DNA of 64,000 nucleotides from an uncultured Chloroflexia bacterium (GCA_963829105.1 CAWHHF010000022.1:586196-650195); one strand, 5' to 3'; shown: positions 20,372-30,960, numbered from the stretch's first letter. A program made the numbers and translations. The notes: generated by a model from the sequence alone, not told the origin.

Positions 20372-20959
20372 ATGATCCGCAAGGAGCTGCGCGAGTACCG
20401 CCGCAACGGCTCCGTGCTCGTCGACGATGGCGATCTTCCCCGTCATCTTCCTGGTCCAGCCGCTCTTCGTGGTCTTCCTGGTCCCGCAGTCGGCGACGGC
20501 GGCGCTCCTCGAGCAGTGGCACCTTCTCCTGTACGTGCTCGGCATCCCGATGCTCGTCGCCGGCGATCGCTCGCCGCGTACGCGGTCGCCGGCGAGCGGC
20601 AGCAGGGCACCCTCGAGCCGGTCCTCACGACGCCGATCCGTCGCGAGGAGTTCCTGCTCGGCAAGGCGCTGGCCGCGCTCGTCCCGTCGATGGTCATCGC
20701 CTACGGGGTATATGCGGTCTTCCTCGCCTGCGTCGTGCTGTTCGCACAGCCCGGGGTCGCGGCGGCGGTCCTCGGGGTCCCTGATGTGATCGCGCAGCTC
20801 CTCCTCACGCCGCTGCTCGCCGGCTGGTCGATCTGGGTCGGCATCGCGATCTCGACCCGGTCGAGCGACGTCCGCGTCGCGCAACAGCTCAGCCTCCTCG
20901 CAGACCTGCCGGTCGCTGCTCCTGACCTCGCTCATCGCCTTCAACGTCGATCCACCTGA
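20372..20959 (+). CDS. ABC-2 type transporter permease, frameshifted at the N-terminus
   Basis: MIRKELREYRRNGSVLV... then MAIFPVIFLVQPLFVVF (other frame) then ...YAVAGERQQGTLEPVLTTPIRREEFLLGKALAALVPSMVIAYGVYAVFL is the ABC-2 pattern. Confidence 0.6.
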   Translation: MIRKELREYRRNGSVLVDDGDLPRHLPGPAALRGLPGPAVGDGGAPRAVAPSPVRARHPDARRRRSLAAYAVAGERQQGTLEPVLTTPIRREEFLLGKALAALVPSMVIAYGVYAVFLACVVLFAQPGVAAAVLGVPDVIAQLLLTPLLAGWSIWVGIAISTRSSDVRVAQQLSLLADLPVAAPDLAHRLQRRST

Positions 20960-21085
20960 CGCCTGGCCTCGCGGTCGGCCTCACGGCGGTGCTGCTCACT
21001 GCCGACACGCTCGGCTGGCGGATCGTCTCCCCGATGTTCGACCGGGAGCGGCTGATCACCGGCACGAGGTGAACGGCGTCGGCGT

Positions 21086-21481
21086 TCAACCCGCCGGCTG
21101 GCCGACGACGTACAGCGTGTTCCCGTCCGGGTCCCGCAGGCTGAACATCGGTGGCACGCCGGGCCAGCGAAGGATCTCGCCCGCGTCGACGCCGCGCGCG
21201 TGAAGCGCCTCGTGGTCGGCCTCGCAGTCGAGGGTGGAGAGCCGGATCCCGCTGTCGACGCCGATGGCACCGCCGCTTGGAGGCGCCAGGGCGATCGTCG
21301 TCGTCGCGCCTGCCGGGGCGACCTCGATCCAGCGTCCGCCCTGGCCCAAGGGGACATCACGGCGTTTCTCGAGACCGAGCACGCCGACGTAGAAGGCGAG
21401 CGCGCGCTCGGGGTCGGCGACCGGGACGGCGACCGTGCCGACCTCGCAGATGTGGGTCACCTGGTGCCGCATCTCGGACAT
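21086..21481 (-). CDS. VOC family (glyoxalase/bleomycin resistance/dioxygenase) protein
   Basis: 131 aa from MSEMRHQVTHICEVGTVAVPVADPERALAFYVGVLGLEKRRDV.... Confidence 0.75.
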   Translation of the reverse strand: MSEMRHQVTHICEVGTVAVPVADPERALAFYVGVLGLEKRRDVPLGQGGRWIEVAPAGATTTIALAPPSGGAIGVDSGIRLSTLDCEADHEALHARGVDAGEILRWPGVPPMFSLRDPDGNTLYVVGQPAG

Positions 21482-21525
21482 CGGTCTGGTCCTCCAGTCG
21501 TTGGCCTCCTGCACACGGCTTCGAC

Positions 21526-22567
21526 TCAGCCGGGCAGCCGGTCGGGCAGCCCGAAGAGCGGGAAGAAGCGGGCCGTGTCGAGGAAGAAGGTGACTGCGGC
21601 GATCCGGTCGCCCGAGAGCTCGATGACCTGGAGCGACCACGGCTCGAGGCCGCCGTCCGGTGAGGGCTTGTACTGGCCGAAGGCGGGCGAGCCGTTCGCG
21701 CTCGTCGCGACGAGGCGCGACCCCCGGCAGCCGATGCCCGGCCCGAGGCACCAGGTCGTGATGTCCTCGTGGGTCTGGAGCCAGAGCGCGTAGGGCGGCA
21801 TGTTCCAGACGGCGTCCTCACGGAGCAGGGCGGTCAGGCGGTCCATGTCGTAGGACTCGAACGCCTCGACATACCGCTCGAGGAGCGCCTGCTGCGCCGG
21901 GTCGAGCGGCTCGGCGGTCGGCGCCCGGGTCGACATGCGCCGCCTGGAGCGTGGCCCGGGCGCGCTGGAGGGCGCTGTTGACCGAGGCGACGCTCGTCTC
22001 GAGCAGCTCGGCGACCTCGGACGCCTGCCAGTGCAGGACCTCGCGGAGGATGAGGACGGCGCGCTGGCGGGGCGGGAGGCGCTGGAGCGCGGTGACGAAC
22101 GCGAGCCGGACCGACTCGCGGGCGATCGCGACCTCGGCCGGGTCGCCACCCGCGACGAGGACGCGCTCGTCGGGCACGGGCTCGACCCAGGTCGCCTCCG
22201 GCAGCGGCTCGCCGAGGAGCGCGATGTCGGCGACGCCCGCTGATCCGAGGTCCATCGGGCGGGCCCGCCGCTTGCGCCCCTCGAGCGCGTCGAGGCAGAC
22301 GTTGGTGGCGATCCGGTAGAGCCACGAGCGGAGCCCGGCCCGGCCCTCGAACCGCCCGAAGCCGCGCCAGGCCCGCAGCAACGTCTCCTGGACGGCGTCC
22401 TCGGCCTCGAACGTCGAGCCCAGCATCCGGTAGGCGTAGGCGGTCAGCTCCCGCCGGTGGGCTTCGAGCTCCTGCTCGAGCTCGTGCGCGTCGAGCGGCG
22501 GAGGGTTCGCAGGGAGGCCGCTTACGGGGGGAATGGCAGAGACGGTGGGGACGATCATCTCGCTCAT
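21526..22567 (-). CDS. ECF sigma factor with C-terminal SnoaL-like domain (SigJ-type), one frameshift
   Basis: ORF 21818..22567: ...[40 protein letters not shown]...[37 protein letters not shown]. The C-terminal domain is in the ORF 21526..22149 frame ([32 protein letters not shown]). Confidence 0.7.
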
Positions 22568-22576
22568 CGCGGCATC

Positions 22577-22870
22577 CTACGAACGATCCGCCGAGTCTGC
22601 ACGCGACGGTCCCCGGGCGGCTCGTTCCGTTTCCCGGCTGACGGTCCCGTCGTCGCCGTCCGGCGCGAAGACCTCCGCGAGCCCGACCAGGTTCAGCAGG
22701 TCCCGGAGGTCGGACGAGGGATGGCGCAGGCGAAGGCGGACCCCACGGCGGGTCGCCGCGAGCTGCAGCCGCGCCAGCGCGTCGACCGCCTCGAGGTCGG
22801 CGGGCGCGATCCAGGCCACGTCCAGCTCGACGACGGGCCTCACCTTCAGGGGGCCGGGACCGCCGCGGGC
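22577..22870 (-). CDS. STAS-domain protein (anti-sigma-factor antagonist-like)
   Basis: The C-terminal 95 aa of ORF 22577..23368 read ...VELDVAWIAPADLEAVDALARLQLAATRRGVRLRLRHPSSDLRDLLNLVGLAEVF. The start is not defined. Confidence 0.4.
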   Translation of the reverse strand, partial: ARGGPGPLKVRPVVELDVAWIAPADLEAVDALARLQLAATRRGVRLRLRHPSSDLRDLLNLVGLAEVFAPDGDDGTVSRETERAARGPSRADSADRS

Positions 22871-23412
22871 CGGTAGGTGTTGACCACGACCCCGTTGGGG
22901 AGGGCGAGGGTGTCGGCGAGCGTGAGCGTGCGCCTCGGCGCGCCGGCGAAGAGCCGCTTCGAGCCGTCGCCGAGGACGATGGGATGCACCATGAGCCGGT
23001 ACTCGTCGATGAGGTCGTGCGCGGTGAGGTAATCGACCAGCTGGCCGCTCCCGGCGATGAGCAGATCGCCGCCGTCGAGCGCCTTGAGCCGGCGGACGGC
23101 CTCGGCGACGTCGCCCTCGATGACCGTGGCGTTCCAGGTCGCCTCGGTCAGCGTCCGCGATGCGACGTACTTCGGCATCGAGTTCATCTTCCTGCCGAAC
23201 TCGCCGGCCTCCTCCTCCATCGACGGCCACGCCCGCGCGAAGCCCTCGTAGGTGATCCGTCCGAGCAGCAGCGCCTCGGCGTCGGCCAGCTCGCGCGCCT
23301 TGAACTGGCCGGCCTCGGCTCGGACCAGAACGGGAACGACCAGAGCCCCGGCTCGTCGATGAAGCCATCGAGCGTCACGTAGAGGCTGGCAACGACCTTC
23401 CTGGACATGTCG
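22846..23412 (-). CDS. dihydrofolate reductase family (RibD C-terminal domain) protein, frameshifted
   Basis: MSRKVVASLYVTLDGFIDEPG (frame of ORF 23184..23429), then ...ITYEGFARAWPSM...YVASRTL...GDLLIAGSGQLVDYLTAHDLIDEYRLMVHPIVLGDG (frame of ORF 22846..23652). Confidence 0.6.
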   Translation of the reverse strand, partial: RHVQEGRCQPLRDARWLHRRAGALVVPVLVRAEAGQFKARELADAEALLLGRITYEGFARAWPSMEEEAGEFGRKMNSMPKYVASRTLTEATWNATVIEGDVAEAVRRLKALDGGDLLIAGSGQLVDYLTAHDLIDEYRLMVHPIVLGDGSKRLFAGAPRRTLTLADTLALPNGVVVNTYRPAAVPAP

Positions 23413-23492
23413 CGACTCCTTTCGTCCATCCGGCCGACCCCGGCGCGGAAGGGGCCGGCAGGGCCGGCGTTCTCGGTGCCAGGCGGAGGCTA

Positions 23493-24432
23493 GACGGCCG
23501 CCCCGTGCTGGGCCGGTTCCGGGCCGGGTGACGACGTCTTCGCACCGACGGCCGCGTCTCGCTGGGTGGTCAGGACCTCGCGGAGCCTGGTGGCGAAGGC
23601 CTCGGGATCGCCGCCCTGACCCCACTCGCGGGCAGGAACCCACCGTGGCCACCGGGGAAGACGACCGGCGTCGTCCCGAGCCGCTCCGCGAGGGCCGTCG
23701 TCGCGCGACCGGTCATGACCTGGCTCGACTCCGCCCCGACCGCGAGGACGATGCGCGTCGACGCAGCCCGCAGGGCTCTCGAAGTCCGGCTGGAAGTGGC
23801 TGGCACGAGATCATGTTCTGCCCGAGCAGCGGGTCGGTCCGCGTGCCGTCGTCCTCGGCTGGCAGCCCGAACATCGCCGGGTCGGGAGCCGGGCGGTCCG
23901 TGTAGTCGGCGGGGAAGGGGCCCTCGAAGCTGACGAGGGCGATGAACTTCGCCATCGCCGGCCCGAAGCCGCTGCGCAGGTACGTCTCGTGGATGTCCAC
24001 CGCGGCCGCCAGGCCGGCGTCCCGGTCCGGGAGCACCTGCCAGACCGGCGGCTCGTGGGCCACGAGGGTGCCGACCTGCTCGGGATGGCGGGCCACGAGG
24101 GCGAGCGCATTCACCGCTCCGCCGCTCGACGCGAAGAGGTCAACCGGCCCGGTGTCGAGCGCCGCGATCAGGCGGTGCAGGTCGTCGGCGTGCTCCTCGG
24201 GCGTCGACTCGGCGGCGCCGTCGGTCCGTCGGCTGCGCTCCGAGCCCGCGGGTCGTAGGTCACCACGGTCCGGTCGGCGAAAGTGCCCGGCCAGCGCGCC
24301 GAAGCCGCTGGCGCCCATCGGCGAGCCGATGATCAGCAGCACCGGTTCGGTGGTGGTGTCGCTCGGGCGGATGTCGTAGGACAGGACGGCGCCCGGCACG
24401 TCCAGGGTTCGAGTCGTCGACGCAGCCATCAT
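23493..24432 (-). CDS. alpha/beta hydrolase, 2 frameshifts near the 3' end
   Basis: ORF 23713..24432: VLLIIGSPMGASGFGALAGHF...DLFASSGGAVNALALVARHPEQVGTLVAHEP (GxSxG nucleophile elbow). The C-terminus (IVLAVGAESSQVMTGRAT...PVVFPGGHGGF) is in the frame of ORF 23570..23806. Confidence 0.6.
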
Positions 24433-24739
24433 GGCCTCCCGAAGTGTTGGTGGAGTCTTGCCGATACAGACTCGCCCCGTCAGCGAAAGTCATCGGTCGT
24501 CGGCGACGGGGACGAGCCCGATCGGAATGTTCAGCGGGCGCGTCCTTCTCGGAGCATCGCGACCGACTTCTCGACCCGGCGCGCTCGCGTCTCGGGCGCG
24601 TTCGCTCCCTCGACCTGGAGGACGTGCCAGGACTTGTCGCTATTCGAGAGCCGTTCGAACGCCGCCAGCATCGCCGGTTCGGCGGCGAGCGTTGTGGGTG
24701 ATTCGGTCGGGCCGGCCGCCGGAACAGCAGCTTCTCCTC

Positions 24740-25891
24740 TCAGCCGAGCGCGGCGCGCAGGGCGCCGTCGAGATCGGCCCACAGGTCCTCGACGTTCTCG
24801 ATGCCGACCGACAGGCGACACAGGGTGGGGCCGACGATCGACGCGTCGCCGGCATAGCGAGCGCGCCGCTCGATGAGCGACTCGACGCCGCCGAGGCTAG
24901 TGGCGTGGGTCACCAGCCGCAGCCGCGCCAGGAACGCCTCGGTCTGATCGACGGTGCCGGCCACCTCGAAGGACAGCATCGACCCCGATCCGTCAGGCAG
25001 CACACGCAAGGCGAGTTCGTGCCCGGGGTCGCCGGGCAGGCCGGGGTAGTGGACCTGCGAGACGTGCGGGTGCGCCGCGAGACGCCGGGCGAGCTCCGCC
25101 GCCGACGCCTCGGCCCGGTCGAGCCGGACCGCGAGGGTGCGCAGGCCGCGCAACGCGAGGAACGCGTCGAAGGCGCCGGGGACCGAGCCGTGGTCGTGGC
25201 GGTAGGTCGCCAGGAACGCCGCGTGAACCGGGTTCGCGCACACGGCTGCGCCCAGGAGCGTGTCGGAGTGCCCCGCGATCAGCTTGGTCGCCGAGTGCAG
25301 CACGATGTCGGCTCCGAGGTCGAGCGGGCGCTGGCGCAGTGGCGTCGCGAACGTCGCGTCGACCACGGTGATCGCGCCGCGCTCCCGCGCGCCGCCGGCG
25401 ATCGCGGGGACGTCGGCGACCACGATGAGCGGGTTGGCGATCGACTCCACCCAGACCATGTCGGCGCCCTCGGCGGCCGCCAGGACGGCCTCGGTGTCGT
25501 CGGCCGGGACCATGCGGACGCGGAGGCGGCCGTCGGACTGCATCCGGTCGAAGATGTTCCTCACGCCGAAGTACGCCACTGACGGCAGCACCACGGTGCC
25601 GCCCGGCGGGACGAGCCCGGCGATCGCGGTCGCCGCCGCGAGGCCCGACGCGAACGTCACGGCGCGGCCGCCGTCGAGGGCGCCCAGCGCCGCCTCGAGG
25701 GCGCCCCACGCGCTGTTGCCGTCGCGGCCGTATTCGAGGCCGGCGTCGTGGACGTAGGTCGAGCTCAGGGTGATGGGCGCGTTCATCGGCGCACCGGCCA
25801 CGCGTGCGGGCCGGCCGGCCTGCACGGCGACGGTGTCGGCCGACCACGCTTCATCAAGGGCAAGGGGCGCGGGGTAGAGCGGCTCGGTCAT
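24740..25891 (-). CDS. PLP-dependent Cys/Met metabolism enzyme (cystathionine gamma-synthase / beta-lyase family)
   Basis: 383 aa from [21 protein letters not shown] (PLP-lysine motif), VDATFATP, and a typical family C-terminus. Confidence 0.8.
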   Translation of the reverse strand: MTEPLYPAPLALDEAWSADTVAVQAGRPARVAGAPMNAPITLSSTYVHDAGLEYGRDGNSAWGALEAALGALDGGRAVTFASGLAAATAIAGLVPPGGTVVLPSVAYFGVRNIFDRMQSDGRLRVRMVPADDTEAVLAAAEGADMVWVESIANPLIVVADVPAIAGGARERGAITVVDATFATPLRQRPLDLGADIVLHSATKLIAGHSDTLLGAAVCANPVHAAFLATYRHDHGSVPGAFDAFLALRGLRTLAVRLDRAEASAAELARRLAAHPHVSQVHYPGLPGDPGHELALRVLPDGSGSMLSFEVAGTVDQTEAFLARLRLVTHATSLGGVESLIERRARYAGDASIVGPTLCRLSVGIENVEDLWADLDGALRAALG

Positions 25892-26047
25892 GGCCAGGGC
25901 TCCGTTGGTCGGGCGATGGGTGCGGCGATGATGCGGATCGCCGTCACCACACAGTGCACCACCAGGGCGTGTCACGCGAGACGTGTCTGAAGCAGTGGTC
26001 GGCGAGGCGCGACACAATCGACGCCGACAGCCACCTCGAGGTGCGAC

Positions 26048-27097
26048 ATGCGAGCAGCCATCTACGGCGGACCCCGCGACATCACCGTGGGCGACCGGCC
26101 CGACCCCATCATTCGAACCGCGACCGACGCGGTCGTCCGCGTGGTGCTCGGCTGCGTGTGCGGCTCGGACCTCTGGTACTACCGCGGCGAGTCGCCTCAC
26201 CCGACGGGACCGATCGGGCACGAGTTCATCGGCGTCGTCATCGGGCTCGGATCGTCCGTCACCACGCTCGCCGAGGGCGACCTCGTCGTGGCGCCGTTCA
26301 CCTACAGCGACGGCACCTGCCCGCATTGCCTCGCCGGCTGGCCGTCGCAGTGTGCCAACGGCGGCTCGTTCGGCAACCACGGGGTCGACGGTGGCCAGGG
26401 CGAGGGGGTCCGCGTCCCGTTCGCGGACGCGACCCTCGTGAAGGTGCCGGGCTCGGACCACGGCGACGCGATGATGCGGTCGCTCCTCGCCCTCTCGGAC
26501 GTGATGTGCACGGGCCACCACGCAGCGGTCAGCGGCGGGGTGCGGCCGGGCATGACGGTGGCCGTCGTCGGTGACGGCGCCGTTGGCCTGTGCGCGGTGA
26601 TCGCGGCGAAGCGCCTCGGCGCCGGGCGGATCGTCGCCCTCTCCCGGAACCCGGCCCGCCAGGCGCTGGCGCGCGAGTTCGGCGCGACCGACATCGTGGC
26701 GGAGCGCGGGGACGCCGCGGCCGAGGCCGTCATGGCGATGACGGACGGGATCGGCGTGGACGCCGCGCTCGAGTGCGTCGGCACCGGCCAGTCGATGGCG
26801 ACGGCGTTCGCGATCGCCCGCCCGGGCTCCGTCGTCGGCGCGGTCGGCGCCCCGCACGACGTGGTCGTGCCGATCGAGACCGTGATCTTCCGCAACATCG
26901 GGCTGCGCGGCGGGGTCGCCCCGGTCCGCCGATACCTCCCCGAGCTCCTCGAGGCCGTGCTGGCCGGCGTGATCAATCCCGGCCGGATCTTCGACTTCGA
27001 GACGGACCTCGAGCACGTCGTCGACGGCTACCGGGCGATGGACGAGCGCCGGGCCATCAAGAGTCTCGTCCGGGTCGCGGGCGGCGAGGGGTCGTGA
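26048..27097 (+). CDS. zinc-dependent alcohol dehydrogenase family (MDR) oxidoreductase
   Basis: 349 aa. GHEFIGVV, CGSDLW, C..C..C structural zinc motif (CPHCLAGWPSQC), GDGAVGL Rossmann motif. Confidence 0.85.
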   Translation: MRAAIYGGPRDITVGDRPDPIIRTATDAVVRVVLGCVCGSDLWYYRGESPHPTGPIGHEFIGVVIGLGSSVTTLAEGDLVVAPFTYSDGTCPHCLAGWPSQCANGGSFGNHGVDGGQGEGVRVPFADATLVKVPGSDHGDAMMRSLLALSDVMCTGHHAAVSGGVRPGMTVAVVGDGAVGLCAVIAAKRLGAGRIVALSRNPARQALAREFGATDIVAERGDAAAEAVMAMTDGIGVDAALECVGTGQSMATAFAIARPGSVVGAVGAPHDVVVPIETVIFRNIGLRGGVAPVRRYLPELLEAVLAGVINPGRIFDFETDLEHVVDGYRAMDERRAIKSLVRVAGGEGS

Positions 27098-27939
27098 TGG
27101 CACGGCGCACCTGGCTCATCACCGGCGTGAGCAGCGGCTTCGGCCGCGAGCTCACGTCCCAGCTCCTCGAGCGCGGCGACCGCGTCGTCGGCACCGTCAG
27201 GCGCCCCGCAGCCGTCGCGGACCTCGTCACGGCGTACCCGGACGCGTTTCGCGCCCAGACCCTCGATGTCACCGACCCGCCGGCGGTCCGGGAGGTCGTC
27301 GCCCGCTCGTTCGCCGCGCTCGGCCGCATCGACGTCATCGTGAGCAACGCGGGCTACGGCCTGTTCGGCGCAGCCGAGGAGCTGACCGACGCCCAAGTCG
27401 AGCACATCCTCGACACCAACCTGCTCGGCTCCATCTCGCTCATCCGCGCCGCGTTGCCGCACCTGCGCGCACAGGGAGCCGGCCGGATCGTCCAGATCTC
27501 ATCGTACGGCGGCCAGGTCGCCTTCGCGGGCAACTCGCTGTACCACGCGACCAAGTGGGGCGTCGAGGGCTTCTGCGAGTCGGTCGCCCAGGAGGTCGCG
27601 CCCTTCGGGATCGGCATGACGATCGTGGAGCCCGGCGGCGCGCGCACCGAGTTCCGGTACGGCAGCGCCCGGGTGGCGACGCTGATGCCGGAGTACGACG
27701 GGAACCCGGCGCACGCCTTCCTGCGCATGCTCGACCCCGCGAAGGGGCTCGCGCCCGGCGACCCGGCGCGGATGGCGGCCCGCATCATCGAGAGCGTCGA
27801 GGTGGAGCCGGCGCCGCTGCGGCTCGTCCTCGGGTCGCAGGCGCTCCAGGGCACGGTCGACACGCTGGCGAAGCGGATCGAGGGGTTCGAGGCCCAACGC
27901 GACCTCGCGGCCTCGACCGACTTCCCGGCCGGGGAGTAG
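27097..27939 (+). CDS. SDR family oxidoreductase
   Basis: MARRTWLITGVSSGFGRELT (TGxxxGxG), NAGYG, YHATKWGVEGF (YxxxK). The ATG overlaps the ADH stop. Confidence 0.85.
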   Translation: MARRTWLITGVSSGFGRELTSQLLERGDRVVGTVRRPAAVADLVTAYPDAFRAQTLDVTDPPAVREVVARSFAALGRIDVIVSNAGYGLFGAAEELTDAQVEHILDTNLLGSISLIRAALPHLRAQGAGRIVQISSYGGQVAFAGNSLYHATKWGVEGFCESVAQEVAPFGIGMTIVEPGGARTEFRYGSARVATLMPEYDGNPAHAFLRMLDPAKGLAPGDPARMAARIIESVEVEPAPLRLVLGSQALQGTVDTLAKRIEGFEAQRDLAASTDFPAGE

Positions 27940-28037
27940 CACTGATGGACACGCAGATCCCGGATAGCGATCCACGGCGACCGCTGTCCCGGCCGCCGGA
28001 GCGGCCCACGCTCCGCTGACCCAGAAAGGAGGCATCC

Positions 28038-28454
28038 GTGCAGCACCTGCCCAAGCAGCCGACCGGCAAGGCTCCGGCCGAGACGTTCACCGGCGACGCC
28101 TACATCGACCTCATCGTCCGCGGCGAGGAGCCCTCGCGGCTCCGGGCCGCGCTCGTCCACTTCGCGCCTGGCGCTCGCAACGCATGGCACGCCCACGCCG
28201 CCGGCCAGACGGTCCACGTGACCGAGGGCGTCGGCCGCATCCAGGCTCGCGACGGCGACGTCCTCGAGATACGCGCCGGCGACACGATCGTCACCCCGGC
28301 GGGGGAGTGGCACTGGCACGGCGCCGCGCCCGACCGCTTCATGACCCACCTCGCCATCTGGGAGGCGCCGCCCGATGGCGGGCCGGAGACCGAATGGGGC
28401 GAGCACGTGGACGACGAGGCATACGCGGCAACGCCGGTCGAGCCGGCCGGATGA
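28038..28454 (+). CDS. cupin domain protein
   Basis: 138 aa. ...HFAPGARNAWHAHAAGQTVHVTEGVGRIQ...GEWHWHGA is the cupin two-motif pattern. AAAGGAGG RBS at 28025-28032. GTG start. Confidence 0.7.
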   Translation: MQHLPKQPTGKAPAETFTGDAYIDLIVRGEEPSRLRAALVHFAPGARNAWHAHAAGQTVHVTEGVGRIQARDGDVLEIRAGDTIVTPAGEWHWHGAAPDRFMTHLAIWEAPPDGGPETEWGEHVDDEAYAATPVEPAG

Positions 28455-28523
28455 GAGGGTGGAACACCGACGCGCCGCGCAGGACCATAGCCGCCCTCGC
28501 ACCCACCAACCCGCCCGGCACGC

Positions 28524-29204
28524 CTAGGACCGGCGTTCCCCGTCGGCGACCGGGACGGCCTCGACGATCGCACCCTTGACCTTCAGGGTGTAGCGGGGCA
28601 CGGGGACTACCGCGTGCCCGCCGAGGACGGTCGACAAGACCATCTCGGCCGCGAGCCTGCGCGCCTCGTACCCCACGCCGAGCATCCCCTTGAAGGTGCC
28701 GCCGTCCAGCGCTGCACGTCCGGTCCAGTCGCCGGTCGGCGTCCATGCGAGGGGGACCAGCGCACCGTCGACCCACACATGGTCGGGCGAGGATCCGGAC
28801 GACGCCGGCAGCGAGACGACGTGAACCTCGCCGTCGAGGTGGACGTCCCATGAGGCGACGATCGGCATCCCCGGGTAGGTTCTGCGACCGGCGTAGTCGA
28901 CGACCACGGCAAGGATGAGCACCGGGAGCAGCAGCAGGAACGCTGGCAAGCCGATCAGCATTCCGACGAAGTACGCTGCTCCCAAGGCGTCGCCGCCGAT
29001 CCATGAGGCGACGAAGGCCAGCGCGAACGACAGGCCGATCGCCCCGGCCACGGTCCCGATCGCGACCCACATCACCCGCCGCGATCGACGCGGCCAGGTA
29101 ACTCCCGGGCCGGGTCCGTTGCAGTTCGGGCAGTGCAGGACGGCCGGGTAGACGCTGCCGCCGCACCGTCGGCAGCGGGGTCGGGTTCGTGGCGTGCTCG
29201 TCAC
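28524..29204 (-). CDS. hypothetical membrane protein with N-terminal zinc-ribbon (CxxC...CxxC)
   Basis: MTSTPRTRPRCRRCGGSVYPAVLHCPNCNGPGP followed by 2 TM helices and an extracytoplasmic domain. Confidence 0.5.
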   Translation of the reverse strand: MTSTPRTRPRCRRCGGSVYPAVLHCPNCNGPGPGVTWPRRSRRVMWVAIGTVAGAIGLSFALAFVASWIGGDALGAAYFVGMLIGLPAFLLLLPVLILAVVVDYAGRRTYPGMPIVASWDVHLDGEVHVVSLPASSGSSPDHVWVDGALVPLAWTPTGDWTGRAALDGGTFKGMLGVGYEARRLAAEMVLSTVLGGHAVVPVPRYTLKVKGAIVEAVPVADGERRS

Positions 29205-29367
29205 CTGCGTCGCACTCCGTCGGCACCGTCGTCGGTCGCCGCCAAACGTAGCGCCCGTCCAGCGCCGTCAGCGAGTGCCGTTCTGCCCGGGCTCGGTCCG
29301 CCGACCGCGCTTCGCCGGCGAGCTGGAAATCGCCGACTGGACCCGTCCGCGGCACTCGCGTGGTAAC

Positions 29368-29386
29368 CTGACTGACCGTCAGTCAG
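29368..29386. promoter_or_regulatory. inverted repeat CTGACTGAC-c-GTCAGTCAG, candidate TetR operator
   Basis: Perfect 9-bp arms 19 bp upstream of the TetR start at 29405, in the divergent promoter region. Confidence 0.5.
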
Positions 29387-29404
29387 TGGAGAGGCGCCAG
29401 ACTC

Positions 29405-30028
29405 ATGCCGGACGGCCGCCGACCAGCCGTAGCCACCGTTCGCCGGAGCGCCCGTCGCCGTGAGGACCTCGTGGACGCGGCCGTCCAGGCCTTCGCGGCC
29501 GGCGGCGTCGCCGGGACATCGGTGGACGCGATCGTCCGCGCCGCGGGCGTCGCCAAGGGCACCTTCTACCTCTACTTCGAGACCCGCGACGACGTCGTCA
29601 CCGCGGTTGCCGAGCGCCTGGTCGACGGCGTCGGGCGGCAGATGAACGCCGCACTCGCCGCGGGGGGACGCACGGCTGCCGACCGCATCCGCGGGATCGC
29701 AGGCGCCATGGCAACGGTCGGCTCGGACCCGTACGAGCGGGAGCTGCTCGAGGCGCTCCACCGGCCAGGGAATGCGGCGGTCCACGACCGGTTGTCCGGA
29801 CGGATCGTCGAGCGTCTCGTGCCGGCGGTGACCACGGTCATCGCCGATGGGATCGCCACGGGTGAGTTCGTCGCCCAGGATCCGCGCCAGGCGGCCGCCT
29901 TCGTCCTCGGGTGCTTCACCTCGCTGCACGACCTGGTGGGCGAGGCCGGGGACCTGCCCGGCATCGTGGACGGGCTCAACGCGTTCGTCCTCCGCGGCCT
30001 CGGCCACCAAGGTGGGAGATCACGGTGA
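29405..30028 (+). CDS. TetR/AcrR family transcriptional regulator
   Basis: ...LVDAAVQAFAAGGVAGTSVDAIVRAAGVAKGTFYLYFETRDDVV is the TetR HTH. The stop overlaps the next gene's GTG (GTGA). Confidence 0.8.
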   Translation: MPDGRRPAVATVRRSARRREDLVDAAVQAFAAGGVAGTSVDAIVRAAGVAKGTFYLYFETRDDVVTAVAERLVDGVGRQMNAALAAGGRTAADRIRGIAGAMATVGSDPYERELLEALHRPGNAAVHDRLSGRIVERLVPAVTTVIADGIATGEFVAQDPRQAAAFVLGCFTSLHDLVGEAGDLPGIVDGLNAFVLRGLGHQGGRSR

Positions 30029-30960
30029 CGTCTCCCGCCGTCGAGACGGCAGACCTCTCGAAGCGGTATGGGGCCGATGTCCTGGCCGTCGACAGCGTCA
30101 GCCTGCGCGTCGGCCGGGGCGAGCTGTACGCCTTCCTGGGCCTCAACGGGGCGGGCAAGTCCACGACGATCCGGATGCTGCTCGGCATGGTCCGGCCGTC
30201 CTCGGGGTCGGCCATGGTGCTCGGCCAGCCAGTCCGGGCCGAGGCTCCCGACCTCTGGGGGCGCGTCGGGCACCTCGTCGAATCGGCCACCGCCTACCCG
30301 GAGCTCACCGTCCTGGAGAACCTCGACGTCGCGCGTCGGTTGCTCGGAGTCCGACACGGTGCCCCGGTGGGCCGCGCGATCGACCGGCTGGGCCTCGGGC
30401 AGTACCGGGATCGGCGGGCAGGCACCCTGTCGCTGGGCAACCTCCAGCGGCTCGCCCTCGCCCGGGCCACGCTCCACGCGCCGGAGCTGCTCGTCCTCGA
30501 CGAGCCGGCCAACGGCCTCGACCCGGCCGGCGTCATCGAGATCCGCGAACTGCTGCGCGAGCTCGTGGCGGCGGGCGGGTCGACCGTGTTCATGTCCAGC
30601 CACATCCTGGCCGAGGTCGATCTGCTCGCGACGCGGGTGGGGATCGTGCACCGCGGACGCCTGATCGAGGAGCTCGACAGCGACGCGCTCCGCCGCCACC
30701 GCGATCCCCGGCTTGAGGTCGCCGCCCCCGATATCGGCGCCGCCGAGGCGGCCCTGGCGGCGGGCGGGTACTCGCCGCGGCGCCTCGTGGCGGCCTCCGG
30801 CATCACCCTCGAGCTCCGGGAGCCGCGCGCCCTCGAGGCGCCCGAGTCCGTGGCCGCCCTGCTGGCCGCCGCAGGAACGCCGCCGAGCCACCTCGCGATC
30901 GCCCGCGAGACCCTCGAGGACCACTTCATCCGCCTGACCGGCCCGGGGTTGGCGGCGTGA
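30025..30960 (+). CDS. ABC transporter ATP-binding protein
   Basis: GLNGAGKST (Walker A), LSLGNLQRLALARA (signature), LLVLDEPANGLD (Walker B), SSHIL (H-loop). Confidence 0.85.
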   Translation: MTSPAVETADLSKRYGADVLAVDSVSLRVGRGELYAFLGLNGAGKSTTIRMLLGMVRPSSGSAMVLGQPVRAEAPDLWGRVGHLVESATAYPELTVLENLDVARRLLGVRHGAPVGRAIDRLGLGQYRDRRAGTLSLGNLQRLALARATLHAPELLVLDEPANGLDPAGVIEIRELLRELVAAGGSTVFMSSHILAEVDLLATRVGIVHRGRLIEELDSDALRRHRDPRLEVAAPDIGAAEAALAAGGYSPRRLVAASGITLELREPRALEAPESVAALLAAAGTPPSHLAIARETLEDHFIRLTGPGLAA

